A DNA stretch of 64,000 bases from NCBI GenBank assembly GCA_964016885.1, contig OZ024740.1, positions 290,966,001 to 291,030,000 of the forward strand, written 5' to 3'. The notes below the pieces were generated by a model that worked only from the letters and a program-made list of their open reading frames with translations, searched no databases and was not told the DNA's origin. This stretch comes from Eledone cirrhosa. Lineage: Eukaryota. Positions 1 through 15,400 of the stretch are shown piece by piece. Positions within the stretch are counted from its first letter, which is position 1. Every line of letters begins with the position of its first letter. The position numbers were made by a program, and so were the translations under genes.

Positions 1-210
1 TGGGGGTGCTTGTAACCTTGGATAAAAGCCCGTTTCAGGTACTGTCAACTAGAGCCAACTGTGCCCGCAACTCAACTGAGCCTGGGACTCAATTGAGATT
101 GGGATTCAAATTACTTTCGTCTATTTTCAAAGAGTAATCTTAACTTTGTTTTTTTTTCTTTTAATTTCAATAAAATAATGAAACAAAAGTAAAAGACATT
201 AATGAATTAC

Positions 211-402
211 ATTCTTGGAGAGGAAGTCTTTTGCAGGTTTATGCCTATCAATAACATGGCCATCTCTCATGATGATAATTTGATGAATCAAAGGGACATC
301 TGCTTCTATAGATATTATATTTTGTATCGCTTCAATTGTTTGATTTGGCTCCAACATATAGCACAGCAAATTGTTTTTTGAAACATGGTAAATGCGTAGT
401 AT
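211..402 (-). CDS. CHUK/IKBKB: IKK exon: ubiquitin-like domain ([27 protein letters not shown]...DFLSKN)
   Basis: 192 nt, phase 0/0, ttccag acceptor, gtaatt donor; ORF 199-426. Confidence 0.88.
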
Positions 403-3400
403 CTGGAAATATATATATATATTCAAGTTATTTTATGTTTAAATGAAGAATGTCTGAAGAGAAAAACCCCCATCTAATATTAACATTATCACCACAAATG
501 TTTTATACACTTCTATTTGAAACTGAATTTGTGTAAAACCATTATTAGCAACAATGAATTTCTGAATGAATTAATTGCTGCTTTGATTTTCAAAGAATCT
601 TCTTTTATTGCCAAGAATCAACTGTATTGAAGCAGTATTTAGCAAATTATGAATTTTTGAAGTTTGTTAATTTAAAGTAAGCTGCTTCAACCTAACGCTT
701 TTTTACTATGAAAATAGTAAAAATTGGAAATTGTGACATTGATATTTTTAGATACATGAAATCAATAGAGGAGAGCATATAAGTCTCTAAGAATACATAA
801 TCACAACACTCAGATGATATGGTATCTATGAACAAACATGTATTTAAGCCACTTGAAACCACCTCTGGGTCTATCATGAACTGTTGTTTATATTTATCTA
901 AAAGTCTTCCATCATAATTTCACGTAAAAACCTTTGATAAGATATATTCCAAACACCAGCTTAATAATGAAAAATTTAGTTATAACACTAAATCTCTCTT
1001 CTTCTTTGCCCACTTATTCCTGAGAGGGTCCTCAAACATGCCTTCCAGTGGGTCTTGTCAGAAGCAACTATCTCCAATTGATCCAGCTGGATCCCCAAGT
1101 GAGACCAGCTAAGCTCATGGATGTTATCTAACCATCTTGCTCAGGGTTTACCCCTGGGTCTCCTGCTGGTTGGTTTTGCCTGTAAAATCTGTCCAAATCC
1201 CTCCAAATTGATTATTTGAAAATCACAGGCAATGTCTTTTATAAGAAATATGGTAATGAAAAGGTTAATGACATAGACAGTGTTTTTCATTAGAAATATG
1301 TTAATGAAAGGGTTAATTGCATAGAGAGTGTCTTTCATTTGAAAAATGGTAATGAAAGGGTTAATGACATAGACAGTGTCTTTCATTAAAAATATAGTAA
1401 TGAAAGGGTTAAAATAAACAGTAATTTCAAAGCTGATGCTCATTTATAAAGAAAATCAAATTTTTCATCTTTCCTTTTTTTTGGTAATATTCTCACAGTG
1501 AAGGAGTAAGGTAATGATTATGGTTTCAAAGCAACTGCAGATGTTTCTTTCTATTTTCTAGCAAAATACTTAATACAATATCTATTTTATATATATTTAC
1601 TTAACCATTTATTTGATATCACTTCAGTAAGTAATGGTGAGGCTACATTGGGTTAATCAGGTTTGATAAAGTGAAGACGTTTGGAGATTTCTCTTGTAAT
1701 TTTCAGAAAAATTGTTAAAAAATATTGTCACTGACTAATATTATCTTTGTCTCACTTCATATTATATTCTACTTTTATAATGCTCCATGCATAAAATATG
1801 CTAACAGCTACTTACTACAGTTTATTTAGCCATCACAGATAGATATGACATCATCTAGATAGGTTACTTAACAGAGATTAACATCCTATAAACCAGGAAA
1901 ATAATTTAATTCTTTACCTTCCTGTATGATCACAGATCAATAAATATAAACAACATAGAGAATAAGGGGTTTAACAAACCCTAGCATACAAAATTTATAG
2001 ATGCTTACCATAGCTTCTAATATTTTGTCTAATTGCTGGAAGCACCATTTCTTATCAGATGTTTCCTTACCGTCATTGCCACGGGCATCAGCATCCCACA
2101 TGAGCATTGTTTTCAACCACCTCTCAAAGCTTTGTTTTAGAGGACTGTTAAATAATAGATATACTGTTGAATTTTATCAATTTCACATTAAAAGAATTGT
2201 ATAAAACTGTACAAAATTAACAGAAAGATTTAAAATAGTTTTGGTGGTAAAACTGGAGAGAGTCTAAGCATAAGATTGTACAATATTAGCTACAGTCAAG
2301 CATATATATATATGGAAAAGGTAAACAGAAATAACAACACAATCGGTACAGTATATGGAAGGTATATATTAGGTTAACGCTTGATATAGCAGGAAGATAG
2401 TCTTAACGTTTCGGACGCTAGTCCTTCATCAGGAGAAAGAATGAGAAATAAAATAGATTAAGGGGGACGGGCGGGATGGAATTGGAAAAATTGTCTTTAG
2501 ATAAAAATAATAGGTCAATTCATGTTGACATCTCTTGCAAAACTGTTGGTGCTGGCGTTCTGTGTATGATTTGTTTTTTTAGAAAAGTGGATATATATAA
2601 ATATATATATGTTCGCAATCGTGAGGTTGTGAGTTCGGTTCCCGGACCCGGCGATGCGTTATGTCCTTGAGCAAGACACTTTATTTCACGTTGCTCCTTC
2701 TACCTGGAGTTGCAACCGATAAATAGTATTAGCAACTAGAAAGACCAACGGAAACATTGTTCCTTCGGCCCGATTTGACGAAAGTCGATCGAAATAAAAC
2801 AAAATATAGAGAGAGAGAGAGAAATAGCTTCTACAGGACTAGAACCGTTTCATTCGAGGGAACTCATCAGGAAATTATTTCCCTCGAATGAAACAGTTCT
2901 AGTCATGTAGAAGCCATTTCTATATTAAATTTTGTATCATCATCATCATCATCACAGTTTTACGTCCGTTCTTCCATGCTAGCATGGGTTAGACAGGTTG
3001 TCCTGTTGTGGGCAGTGTCTGGTCGGCTGACCATGCCTTGGTCATACAGGAACTGATTTTGGCTTGATTTCTACAGATGGATGCCCTTCCTAACACCAAC
3101 CTCATTTACAGTGAGTGCTGGGTGCTTTTTTCCATGGCGCCTACATGTCCACTTTACAGTGTGGGCTGGGTGCTTTTTTGCCGTGGCACCTCCACGACCA
3201 CTTTGCAGTGGGAGGGTGTGGGGGCATATTGTCTATATGCTTCAGCTTCGGCTTGTACCCATGGGAGGTCAGGTACTCTGTATTACTGTGTGACGCCAGA
3301 GGTCACGGTCGTGTGTCATCGCCTTTAAGAGGTGTAATTGGGCAAGGTCGGCTTTTATCACCTCATCCCAGGTTTTCTTGGGTCTCCCCACTCAGTGGTT

Positions 3401-6400
3401 TCCATTGACTTCTAGTGCTCTGCACCTTTTATGCAGCTGTCATCCTTCAAACGCATCATATGTCCATACCAACACAACCGCCTCTCCTGCACACAGCATT
3501 TGATTCCTCTTATGCTCAGTCTCTCTCTCAATTCATTTATGCTTTGCCGCTCACGTATATTACTATTACACATCCATCGGAGCATGCAAGCTTCGTTTCT
3601 TTCTAATCTACATAAGTCTTCCACCTTCAGCGCCCAGGTCTCACTACCATGTAACATTGCTGTTCGTATACACGCATCATACAGTCTGCCTTTCATTTTG
3701 AGGGAAAAGCCTTTTGCAGCTAGCAGTGGCAGTAGCTCCCTGAACTTCTTCCATCCCGTTCTTACCCTAGTATATTTTTACCCTTTGTATATACTCTACT
3801 AATGTATTGAGTACCTTACTTACTGTGGTTACCCCCAAATGAACCCGGGACTCATGCATATATATATGAGTGATAGATTATTTTCAAACTTACCTGCAAA
3901 GATTAATACACTTTGGAAGTTCTGAAGAGAAATGAATATTTCCATCAGGCATAGACTGTACAGATATATGGTCATCTGCTTTCTTTAAAACTTCTTCATA
4001 CCTATAAAATATTGAAAACAAATTTTAAAAACATATGTATGTTCAAATTTAACCCTTTAGAATTTACATTTCTCTATATTTACTATTATATTTTCATGGT
4101 AAAGGCTTTACCTCACATAATATCAAATCTTTGAGATTTTGATGTTATTTATTTTGAGAACAATACCTTAATGTTAGTATGAGTGGCTGGTTACAACCAA
4201 TTTGAACAGAAAGAGGTCAGAGAATTCTGGCTGGATATGGCTAGTTTAAATGCTAAAGGGTTAAGAAAAATGTAGGATTTGAGAAAATTAGTGATGGACT
4301 GCGTTAGCAAATAATGAGTCATTAACATCACAATTTTACGTCAGCTTTTCCATTCTAGAATATGTTGGATGAGACTTTATGAGGCAGTGTTTTTCTGGCT
4401 AGATATCCTTCCAGACACCACTCCACACTTTATATTAAATATAGTATATATCACTGATGTTCATTGAATCACTACTCTGGAATATATTGTTTATGATTGA
4501 CATAAACAAATATCACCGCTTGCATTTAAATGGTATCTGTATGAAGGTATTTGTGGAAATTGCTCCTGTCTTCCCTCATACACAAAGATATGCACAAACA
4601 CACACATATATACACACAATGGAATTCCTTACAAGGTATTGATTGGCCTGGGGCTATAATTAAAGGTGCTTTCCCAAATTGTCATACAGTGGGATTGAAC
4701 CTGAAGCCATGTGGTTCTGAAGAGAACTTCTTAACCACACAGCCATATTTGTTACTATATAAGTATAAGTCACTTAAAAGAGGAATAGGCAGGTTTGCCA
4801 TTTAACTTGCTAGAACTCTCATAACTTCACAAGGAAGATACAATAGACAGATATCCATTTGTTTACTTCACATAGGTATAAAGTGCATGGTTTTTAGGAG
4901 TGTATTAGAATCTTGGTGTATATCATTAGGTGTAGTGATGATGAGGATACCTGCTAGGAAGTGCTAGTGGAAGGGTGACATGGGGATATGTCAGGTCACA
5001 TTGTATTCTGTTGGTAAAGTCTTCACCAACACAGCATAGTGCCAGCACTCGCAGTCCTTTTCCATCTCTATTGAGGTTTAGTTTCTAGAGGTTGGTCTTC
5101 ACTACATCATCCCAAGTCTTCCTGGTTCTGCCTTTTCCATGGGTCCCAGCCACTGGGGTTTCTCTGCATTTTTTATACAGCTGTTATCTTCCATGTGCAT
5201 CACACATCCATACCAACAGTCTTCTCTCTTGTGTCACATTTTCCCCTCAGTTTTCTTATGCTGTACCATTCATGCACATTAACATTATACATCCATCAGA
5301 GCATACTTGATTCATTTCTTTCTAGCCTCTGCAGCTCTTCTGTGGTCAAAGCCCATGTTTCACTACCATGTAACACATGCAGTTCACACACACGGATCAT
5401 ACAGTTTACCCTTCACTCTAAGAGATAAGCCCTTTGTTGTCAGCAGAGGTAACAACACTCTGAACTTCTAGCCTGTTCTTATCTGAGCTATTATACTTTC
5501 AGAGCATCCTCTCCCACAGCTAATTTGGTTACTTAGGTAACAAAAGCTGTCAACAACTTCTAAGGGGCTTCCCTGGCAACTGAAGTATTCATTTCACATG
5601 TGCTCTTAGAGCCTACTTCTCCTGACTTAGTCTGTGACAACTCATCCAGCCCTTGCTAGCAGAGAAAACAGATATTAAATAATAATGAGGATATATATAT
5701 ATATATATCATCATCATTTTACATCAGTTTTTCCCTGCTTGCAAGGGTGGGACGGGTCCTCTACAGCACAGCATCTCTCCATTTGTCATGGCCTTCGTCA
5801 TCTCCTCTGTGAGCTTCAGTGATCTGAGATCAGCTCTCACCACCTCCACCCATGCTTTCTATGGTCTTCTTCTACTGTGTCTTCCTTCCACAGGGATTAC
5901 TTGCCACTTCTTCACCCAGTGGTCATCATCCATGTTCATCACATGGTGATACGAATGTAGTCTTCTCTCCTGCACACTACAGTTTATTCCATTTATACAC
6001 AGTTTCTCTCTCAACTCGTTCATGCTTGGTCGTTCAGACACATTGACATTGCACATCCATTGGAGCATGCTTGCTTCATTATATATATAATGTACTTGTC
6101 ATAATACTGACCATTTAACTGGTGAATAAGAAGGAAGGAATGGTCTGTAACCAGTGATGACTTCAAATATAACAGTCCCTAAAGACCAGTAATCAGCAGT
6201 ATGAGTATATTGTTCTTTCCGATAAACCTCTGGAGCCTGAAATTGAAACAGAAAGGCTGGTGATAATCTCTGGAAGTATACTGAATTGTTAATGATATTT
6301 CAATACTTTAGTTATCTCAGTACTTTAGATATAGACAATTTTTATACAATAAATCCAGCAATCTTTACATATATTTACAGTCAAATATAATTATATGTGA

Positions 6401-9400
6401 GGTCAAAAAGATGTACCAGTCTAGTCCTGGGGTTGATTCTTCCTGTATATATCTTTCTCACTTCCATTCTCTTACTCTCTCTATCCTGGAAGAAATCTGC
6501 AATATTCAAACCTGGAGAGGATTGGGCTCCACAAGATTTTAAAATGCCCTAGAAATGCTGTATTAACATACAGCGCCCTAATGACTCCTTTGGGAGTTGC
6601 AGGACCATGCATGCTATGCATAATTATATGTGCAGTCTCTTTTCCAATATATGTGTGTAGAAATACAAATATATATGTATTTAAATGTACTTGAGAAATA
6701 TACATAGAATTTTATGATACAACAAAAATATTTAGAAAATATCTTGAGAATAAGATAAAAATATTGCAAAAATAATGATGAAGTTAATTAGCAGGCAAAT
6801 AATTAATAAACTATAATTATATAATAGACACTATCACCTTTACCATAGTTACCACACAAACTTGAGCTTAAAAAGTTAAATTTGTATTTATTAAATCTAC
6901 TATTAGAATGTCTCAGGAAAGAATTACTGGATAGATTTTACGGGCAAAACCAACCGGCAGGAGACCCAGGGGTAGACCCCGAGCAAGATGGTTCGATAAC
7001 ATCCATGAACTCGACTGGTCTCGCTTGGGGATCCAGCTGGATCAGTTGTTTCTGACAGGACCTACTGGAAGGAGAGTTTGAGGACTCTGCCCCCACAACA
7101 CTCTCGGGAATAAGTGGGTGAAGAAGTCTACTTTTTATTCCATCTTACTCATCATCATCATCATTTTATGTTTGCTTTTCCATGCTTGGATGGGTCTTTG
7201 CCAGCACAGTCTCCCTCTACTTGTAGTCCTTCCTTATCTCCTCTGTGAACTTCAGCAATTTGAGATACTCTTACAACTTTGCCCAGGTATTTCTTGGTCT
7301 ACCTCTACTGCAGCTTCCTTCCATTGGGATTTCTTGGCACTTCTTCACCCAACAATTATCATCCATATGCATCACAGCCCAGTCGTCTTTCTTGCACACT
7401 ACATTTGATTCCTCATCTAACTAATCTAAGCAAGAAAAGTAAACTGTTTCCTTCTCTCTCTCTATCACCCACTGAACTCTTTGATCATCTTACATTCTAC
7501 TAGACATAAGAGCTGGATTCCATTGAATTACACACTACCATCTAGAAAATGGAAGAACACATAGGATAATGCAGTCAGATACACAATGCACAAGAGAAGG
7601 ATGAAGGTGGATGGGCATGGAAGGAATGCTTTTGATCATAGATCTGTTCTGACTGCAACAGCAACTTACATTATTTACCAAGCTCATCAACCAAACACTT
7701 TAATTATTTACAATGCAAGAGAAAGCATCCAAATCTCCCTCAAATCACATCCTGTTGTCTTACAAAATGGAAAGAAGTATTGGATAATGTAGTTCTTGAT
7801 ACACTATGTCTAGGAAAAACACAGGATAGTCATGGCTGGAATACTTTAAGCCATATGTTTGGTTAATTTATGGTTGGACGAAATCTAACAACAACAATCT
7901 ACAATAATGTTGTCCAGAGACTCGAATATTTACAATAACACAGAGGTCTTCTTATCTACTCACATACACTCAGTTGGTGTATTAAATACATAGTTTTTCT
8001 CCAACTAAACCTCATAAAGGAGCTGACTGGTGATATGCAATAACACAAAAGACCCACCTTCCTCTACAAGCACTGCAACACAAAAAGTAAATACAGTGAT
8101 GGTGATCAAACAGAAACAAGATAGGATTTGAGAGGACATTTCAATCAAGATGAGTATATAACCTCTCTGGTTCTTATAGCTACATCTGTGGAAGAGCTAA
8201 AGAAAGAAATTCCGATCATGGAAACAGAATATAGAATCAAAATGACTCAAAGTAAACCCAACAAAGACCAAAGGACTCTAATTCTATAAGGGAAGTTGTG
8301 TTTGATATCTAGTAAAGGAGTAGGTAGGAACTCTAAATAATGTAACATATGGGTACACAAGAGGTGTAGTGGAATTATAGGTAGGAACTCTACACAATCT
8401 AACATATGGATTACACAAGAGTATAGAGGAATTATAGGCAGGCTAATAGAAAAGACTTTGTATGTGGCAGATGTACAGGGTAGTTAATAGTAAGAGCCCA
8501 GTGAAATAAACTTTTTCCAGTCCCAGGAAGGTACCATAAAAGTAGTTGATAGCTCCTGTTACTTAGGTAATCTAATTAGCTGTGAATGAGGTTGCTCTAA
8601 AGGCACGGTAGCTAGAATAAGAAAGGATGGAAAACGTTCAAGGAGCTATTATCTCTGCTGACAAGAAAAAGATGTTGCATAGCAGTGAATGCAGATGATA
8701 TGCAAAAGCTCAAGTGAAAAATGTGAGCATGCTTCGATGGATGTGTGATATTAATGTCCATAGACTGCAAATAATGGATGAGAATCAAATGTAGAATCAA
8801 ATGCAAGAGAGAAACTACCCTTGTATGGACATGTGATACATAAGGATGCTGATTGTTGGGTAAATAAGTGCCAGAAAGAAGCTACTGTAGAGGAAGACAA
8901 GTGAGTACAAATATCAAAATGTTGAACCTCACAGAGATGGCAAAAGAACACAAGAGGAAGGAGGCTGTACTGGAAAGGACCAGTCTAACCCATGTTAGCA
9001 AGGTAAAACCAATGTAGAAGGATGATGATAATAATGATTTCTGATTGAGGTACAAGGCCAACAATTTTGGGGGAGGGGAAAGTCAATTAAATCGATCCCA
9101 GTGCATGACTGGTACTTCATTTTATCGACCTTGTAAGAATGAAAGGTAAAGCTCACCTCACCCTGATGTTAATGATATAACTACCAACCCATGTGCAAAG
9201 ATTGGTTGATAGACTGCTTTACTGATTAGCTTACTCTTGGGTCTCGAATAATCGCCCCACCCCCCTGCTTATCAATTTTTCAGATTTTGCACACCCCCCA
9301 CGTTTATATTTATATACTTGCACCCCCCCACGTTTATATTTATATTTATATATATTTGTAAATAACCTAACAATCTGTAACAAAATAACCTAACAATCTG

Positions 9401-12400
9401 TAACACTAACTTCAAAAAACAAGACAATCACTTGATCACCTACAGATCAGGGGAACATACCAGCCAGGTAGATTATATCCTTACCAGAAGACGTGACAGA
9501 GTGACTGTTGTAAACACTAAATCCCTCCCCCATGAAGAATGCACCTCCCAACATAGACTGATAATTAGCGACCTCATAGTCAGGACGAGACGTACTCGAC
9601 AGCAGAAGAGGACTATCCTCAGGAGAAAAATATGGAAGCTAAAGGACCCCACAGCCAGAAATAAATTTCAAAGCATATTACTTGATGCTTTCGACAGTAA
9701 GGAAGAGCATTTAGAGTCGGACAATATAGAGGGACAGTGGGAATTCCTGAAAGCAAACCTGCTGATGGCGGCAGACGAAGTCTGTGGCCGGAGCAGGCCT
9801 ATAGGCAGGAGGAGAGTAACATGGTGGTGGAACAGTAAGGTGGAGGAGTCGATTAAGACCAAAAAGCAGGCTTGGAAAGTATGGCGGGATGGGGGAAGTA
9901 GAGAAGACTATCAAGTGGCCAGGAGGGAAGCTAGGAGACAAGTGTACTTCGCAAGAAGGGAAGCAGAGGAAAGAAAGTTCAAGCATGTTCTACAACGCGA
10001 GGACCAAAAACGTGAGGTGTTCAGGATTGCTAGGCAATGTGTCAAGGAAAACCGTGATATTGTTGGGGAGAAGTGTGTACTAAATGATGATGGCGTACTC
10101 GCCATCACTGACGCTGATAAGAAGGTCGCTTGGAAGTGTCACTACGAGAGGCTACTAAATGAGGAGAATAAATGGGAGAAGGATAGTCTCCCCCAGATCG
10201 ATCCAATAGAGGGACCAGCAGTGTTAGTTGAAGGTAGTATAATAAGTAAGGCAATCAAAGATATGAAGACGGGTAAGGCGGCTGGGCCTTCGGAAATAGT
10301 TGCTGAGATGCTGAAGGCCTCTGGAACGGTGAGACACATCATGGTCACCCAGATAGTAAACCAAGTCATACAGAATGGGGTTGTTCCGAAGGACTGGCGT
10401 AGCAGCATCATCATTAACTGTTACAAGGGTAAAGGAGACGCCCTAGATAGGAGTAACTATAGAGGCATTAAATTAATCGACCAGGTCATGAAGGTCACGG
10501 AAAAAGTAATAGTGCAACTAATCAGAGAGAGAATCGATCAAGATGAAATGCAGTTCGGGTTTGTGTCATGGCTTGTGAGAGCTATACAAGCCATGTATAA
10601 AGAAACAGTGAGCAAAGTTAGAATTAACAACGAATATAGTGAAGAGTTTAGCGTAAAAGTTGGTGTCCATCAGGGCTCTGTTCTTAGCCTCCTACTATTT
10701 ATTATTGCCCTTCAGGCTATAACAGAGGAGTTCAAGACCGGCTGCCCATGGGAACTCCTATACGCAGATGATCTAACGCTCATAGCTGAATCAATGGCCG
10801 AGCTAGAGAAGAAATTCCAAACATGGAAGCACAGCCTAGAATCAAAAGGCCTTAAAATTAACCTGGCTAAGACTAAAGTTCTAGTTTGTAGGAAAGAAAA
10901 TAAGGCGCCGGTCCCTTCTGGGAAATGGCCATGCTCAGTGTGTAGGAAAGGCGTAGGCAGAAACTCCATTTTATGTCCCAAATGCAAAGTATGGGTGCAT
11001 AAACGATGTAGTGGGATCACAGGTAAGCTAACGAAGAACACAGATTTTACATGTGGCCGGTGCTCTGGTGCAATAAGTAGCAGCAAGTGCCCACAAAATA
11101 CTAGCTCTTTCAATTGCGCAGAGGGTTCTATAGAAATAGTGGACAGCTTCCGTTACCTGGGTGACAAAATCAGCAGTGGCGGAGGGTGCTCTGAAAGTAC
11201 AGTAGCTAGAGTCAGAACTGGATGGAAAAAGTTCAGAGAGCTTATACCACTATTAGCCGCTAAAGGGTTCTCCCTAAAAATGAAAGGCAGGTTGTATGAT
11301 GCCTGCATACGAACAGCAATGTTGCATGGCAGTGAGACCTGGGCATTGTGTGCAGAGGATATACGCAGACTAGAGAGGAACGAAGCTTGCATGCTCCGCT
11401 GGATGTGTAATAGTAATATACGCGAACGGCAAAGCATAAACGAACTAAGGAAAAAATTAGAAATAAGAGGGATCAGATGTTGTTTACTCGAGAGAAGGCT
11501 ACGTTGGTATGGTCACGTGATGCGCATGAAAGACGACAGCTGTATAGCAAAGTGCAGGGCAATAAAGATAGACGGTAGCCACGGAGTAGGCAGACCCAGA
11601 AAAACCTGGGACGAGCTGATAAATTCCGACCTCACACACTTACACCTCTCCAAAACAATGTCACTGGACTGAGACCTTTGGCGGTACTCAGTAATAGAGA
11701 AGACCCGCCTTACCTAAATACAAAGTAAAACCTACTACAGTCAGTAGGCATCTCTAACAAAATACACCCCCGTGGTTGGTGTTAGGAAGGGCATCCAAGT
11801 GTAGAAAACCCGCCAGACAGTCCTATGTGAGCAAGACAACCACTCTTGCCTCAAGTGGGAAAACTCCCGTCCAAACCCATGCAAGCGTGGAACATGGACG
11901 TTAAACGATGATGATGATGATGATGATGACTCATGCATATGCACACGCACACACATATACACATACGCATCAGTGTATGGAAAAAAATTCCAGTAAAATA
12001 AATAGGATGGATTGGGATCTCAATATGTAAACTAAACAACTAATTCTGGTTTTAAAAAAGAAAATCAATGGAGACAACCTAGACAAATTACCGACCTCCC
12101 CACTTATTCCAACCTTCTCACTTATTCTAACACTGCCACCCTATTTGGGACTTGAGAGTACTCCAAATTATGGAAACAGAGCTTTTCAATGTTAACACTA
12201 TAATTCTTACTTAATTCATTATCTTTCACACAAGAACATATAAGTAATACTTACTAAATATTTAAGTGTTCCGACAAATGACTTACATATACTCCCTTGA
12301 TTAAGATCTTTAGCATATCCAAGGTCTATTAATTTATAAACAATCTGTAAAATAAGAAAAAAAATTAATGTTATAAAAATACAAATTCCTGAAATTTGTG

Positions 12401-15400
12401 TTGACAAACAATAAAAAACAGATTGTTTCCTAAGATATTTACAATATATATATATATATTGTTAATTAAGACAAAAAAAAGTTAGTATTAACGATGAGAA
12501 ATATGAGGTATAGTGTGTTGAAAAATTATTAAGAACTTATCTGTATATATATATATATATATATATAAAGACGAAGTTTTCTGTATGTGCGTGGACAATT
12601 TTTAATGAGGGCTCATATATTCTAAACCATTCATGCGATTTCTTTGAAATTTTTTACAGAGCTTCTCCTTGCACAAAACCTGTACATGATCTACAAAGGC
12701 TTTCAAAAATCGATATTGGGGCCTTTGGAAACATTAAAAAAGTTTCGGTTATTTGTGTGAATTTTCGTGATTAAGACTAGTTATCTTTAAGTAAGACAAG
12801 AGTTATCTTTCGTAATTTGGCTCATTCGGATTTTAATTTACTCTTTGTACTTGAAACAAAAGGTACGCTTCCTTGAGACTAACAATATCATTTCGTATAT
12901 TTCACAACCACCAATTTCTAATAGATTACTAAGTTAAGTTATAGATTTGACATTGTATAATCTATCGTTTCAAGCTTGATGTTCACACATTAAGTGATGT
13001 CATAACTTTTACAATAATATACTTTGTACATAATAGTGTCTATTATTCACTTCACTTCTCTATTTCATGATGCGCTTTTACTGTTGTCAAAAACATTTAT
13101 ACCTAGACTGGATTTCTGTTGTTACATGGTATAACGGATGACACCGAGCTCACATATTAATTATTTCACTGGAATAGTGCCTAAGGTTTTCATGTTTACA
13201 TAAAGTACGTTTTTCTTCTATGTATTCAAATTTACTTTGTTTAGTTTAATGAGCTACATCGAAAGCTACTTGAACCGTCCAAAGGACGGGTAATTTAGCT
13301 AGTAATAAATAAAAGTAAAATAAGGAACCAAATAATACAACGATGTAGCTTGGCTGAATGAGGTTTCAGGTTCAAATCCACTTGGCATCTTGGGAAAATA
13401 TTGTTTACTATAGTCGCAGGTTAACCCAAGACCCATGAGCGAAGGTGGATAGAGGGGAAATTATTTGGCAACCCACCGATTGGACTGTACCTGTAATTCA
13501 AAGGGAAAGCATTGTTACATACTGTGTTATACTGAATCTCCCTGAGAATTACGTTATGGGTACACATGGTTGTGGAATGCTCAGCCACTTACAATATAAT
13601 ACAAGATGGACTGTCCCTGTAATTCAAAGGGCCAGCATTGTTTCACACTGTGATACAGAATCTACATGATAATTAGCTTATGGATACATATATTGATGAC
13701 TGCCACAATGATATTCTGAGAAGTCAGTCTCAACATGCATGTGAGTAGGAGCAATCTAACATCAATCCAGTTATTGAAGAAGAAATTGTGGCTTCAAGAC
13801 TTGAATGTCCTCATCATTCCCCAAAGATTTGAAAAGCTCTGATGAAACTTGATATTTAAAGCACCAGTGAATACTATGAAGTTATTATTGCTACTTGCAG
13901 TTCTGGTGCATTATGCTATACCTTGGTTAAAGACTAGCAGCCAACTATTTGCAATAAAAACAAATATGTTTACACTTGGGCTTTGAATATGGAAGCTGAA
14001 CACCAAAACAATTTGATTATCAAACAATAGTTTGAAAGCAAGAGCAGGCACACTTGCGCTAATTTAAATAAGACTAAAAGTAATTTATTGTATCACAAGT
14101 AAGAACTGTACTGAAATGGTTAAAAATACACTCCACAGCCTCAACTATCAACAAACGGTCTACTAGAAAATGTGATTTTATTTAGCAAATAAAACCAGTT
14201 TTTACAAATATCAGTAGGAAATATTTTGTTACCAGAGGGATCACTGAACATCTAATATGGCATATATATGTTTTTAATTTCACAAATATACTGAAACATG
14301 CCAAGCAATATGATCATTTAACCTACAAGAAATGGCAGCTCAAACTCCTTTAACTAACACTGTATTGTCTTAAATAACAAAATGACACATTATATAATGT
14401 TGTGCTAAATAATCACTAAAACGATGGACCGTTGATCACAGGTCTCCTCAATCAGAGTTGACATCAGACTAAACAAAAGCCGCAGTTGTAAACTTCAGCT
14501 AAAATATCCTCTAAGCAGTTGCTTGATCTGCTAGAAGCAGCAGCTAAATCTTGAATCAAACCATACTGCCTTAAGTAACGAAAGGAGACATTAGATAATG
14601 TAGTGCTATATAACCTTTAAACAAAATAAATCATTATAACAGGATTGCCTTTGATACTAATCTGCTTGATGAGTATTGGACATGGAGATAAAAATTAAGA
14701 AAATGAATAATTAGAATGTCTTTGGACAACAACTAATATTGGCAGTAGATATTTATTGCTAAACACAAAACATGTTGCTGCACCCACACACATTACTTCG
14801 TTCCTATTTAGCAATGGGATCAGCAGCTACTTCAGTTATCTGAAGGCTTTCTTGTTATTTATTTTGTTGATTTTAAGCAAGTTTGTGTTATCAGTTTAGT
14901 AAATAAAAGTGAGAATGAGTCAGAGAAAGACTTAAGAAGTTATTTATATTACAACTTACACACATACATAAAATTATAACACTTATAGAATAGTTAATGG
15001 ATAGTAGCATAGACACAATCATGAATTTGAGAATATAATTTATTAATTCTTTGAGTTACTAAAAAATATACTGGTATATCTTTTACTATCTACATTTTGG
15101 GAGCCAAAGAAATTTTGGTATGGTTTACTTTAGTTTGTGAAGCACAGTTCCAGACAAAGTAGATAAAGAAAATTTGATCAAAACATCTCTTTTATTTTGT
15201 ATTGTCAGTAAAATGTGAATAGGAAATATAATGTTGGAAATAGAACAGTAAAATAAGAATGACAAAAAAGACATAAGTTTTGACCCTATATATATTTCAT
15301 ATTTCAAGTTTAGAACTAAATAAGATGACTGCTTTTAGTACACAAATACAGAATAAAGACTTCAAGATTCTAAAAAATTTTCATTGGGCATGAGATTGAA

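Noticed and set aside
2001-2204. Plus-strand 67-aa ORF
   Set aside because: Antisense shadow of an IKK exon
2611-2660. tRNA gene
   Set aside because: Only a B-box-like head that runs into SINE body sequence; no cloverleaf
10560-10580. RTE internal deletion as a spliced-out intron
   Set aside because: The deleted segment is not bounded by GT...AG at the junction
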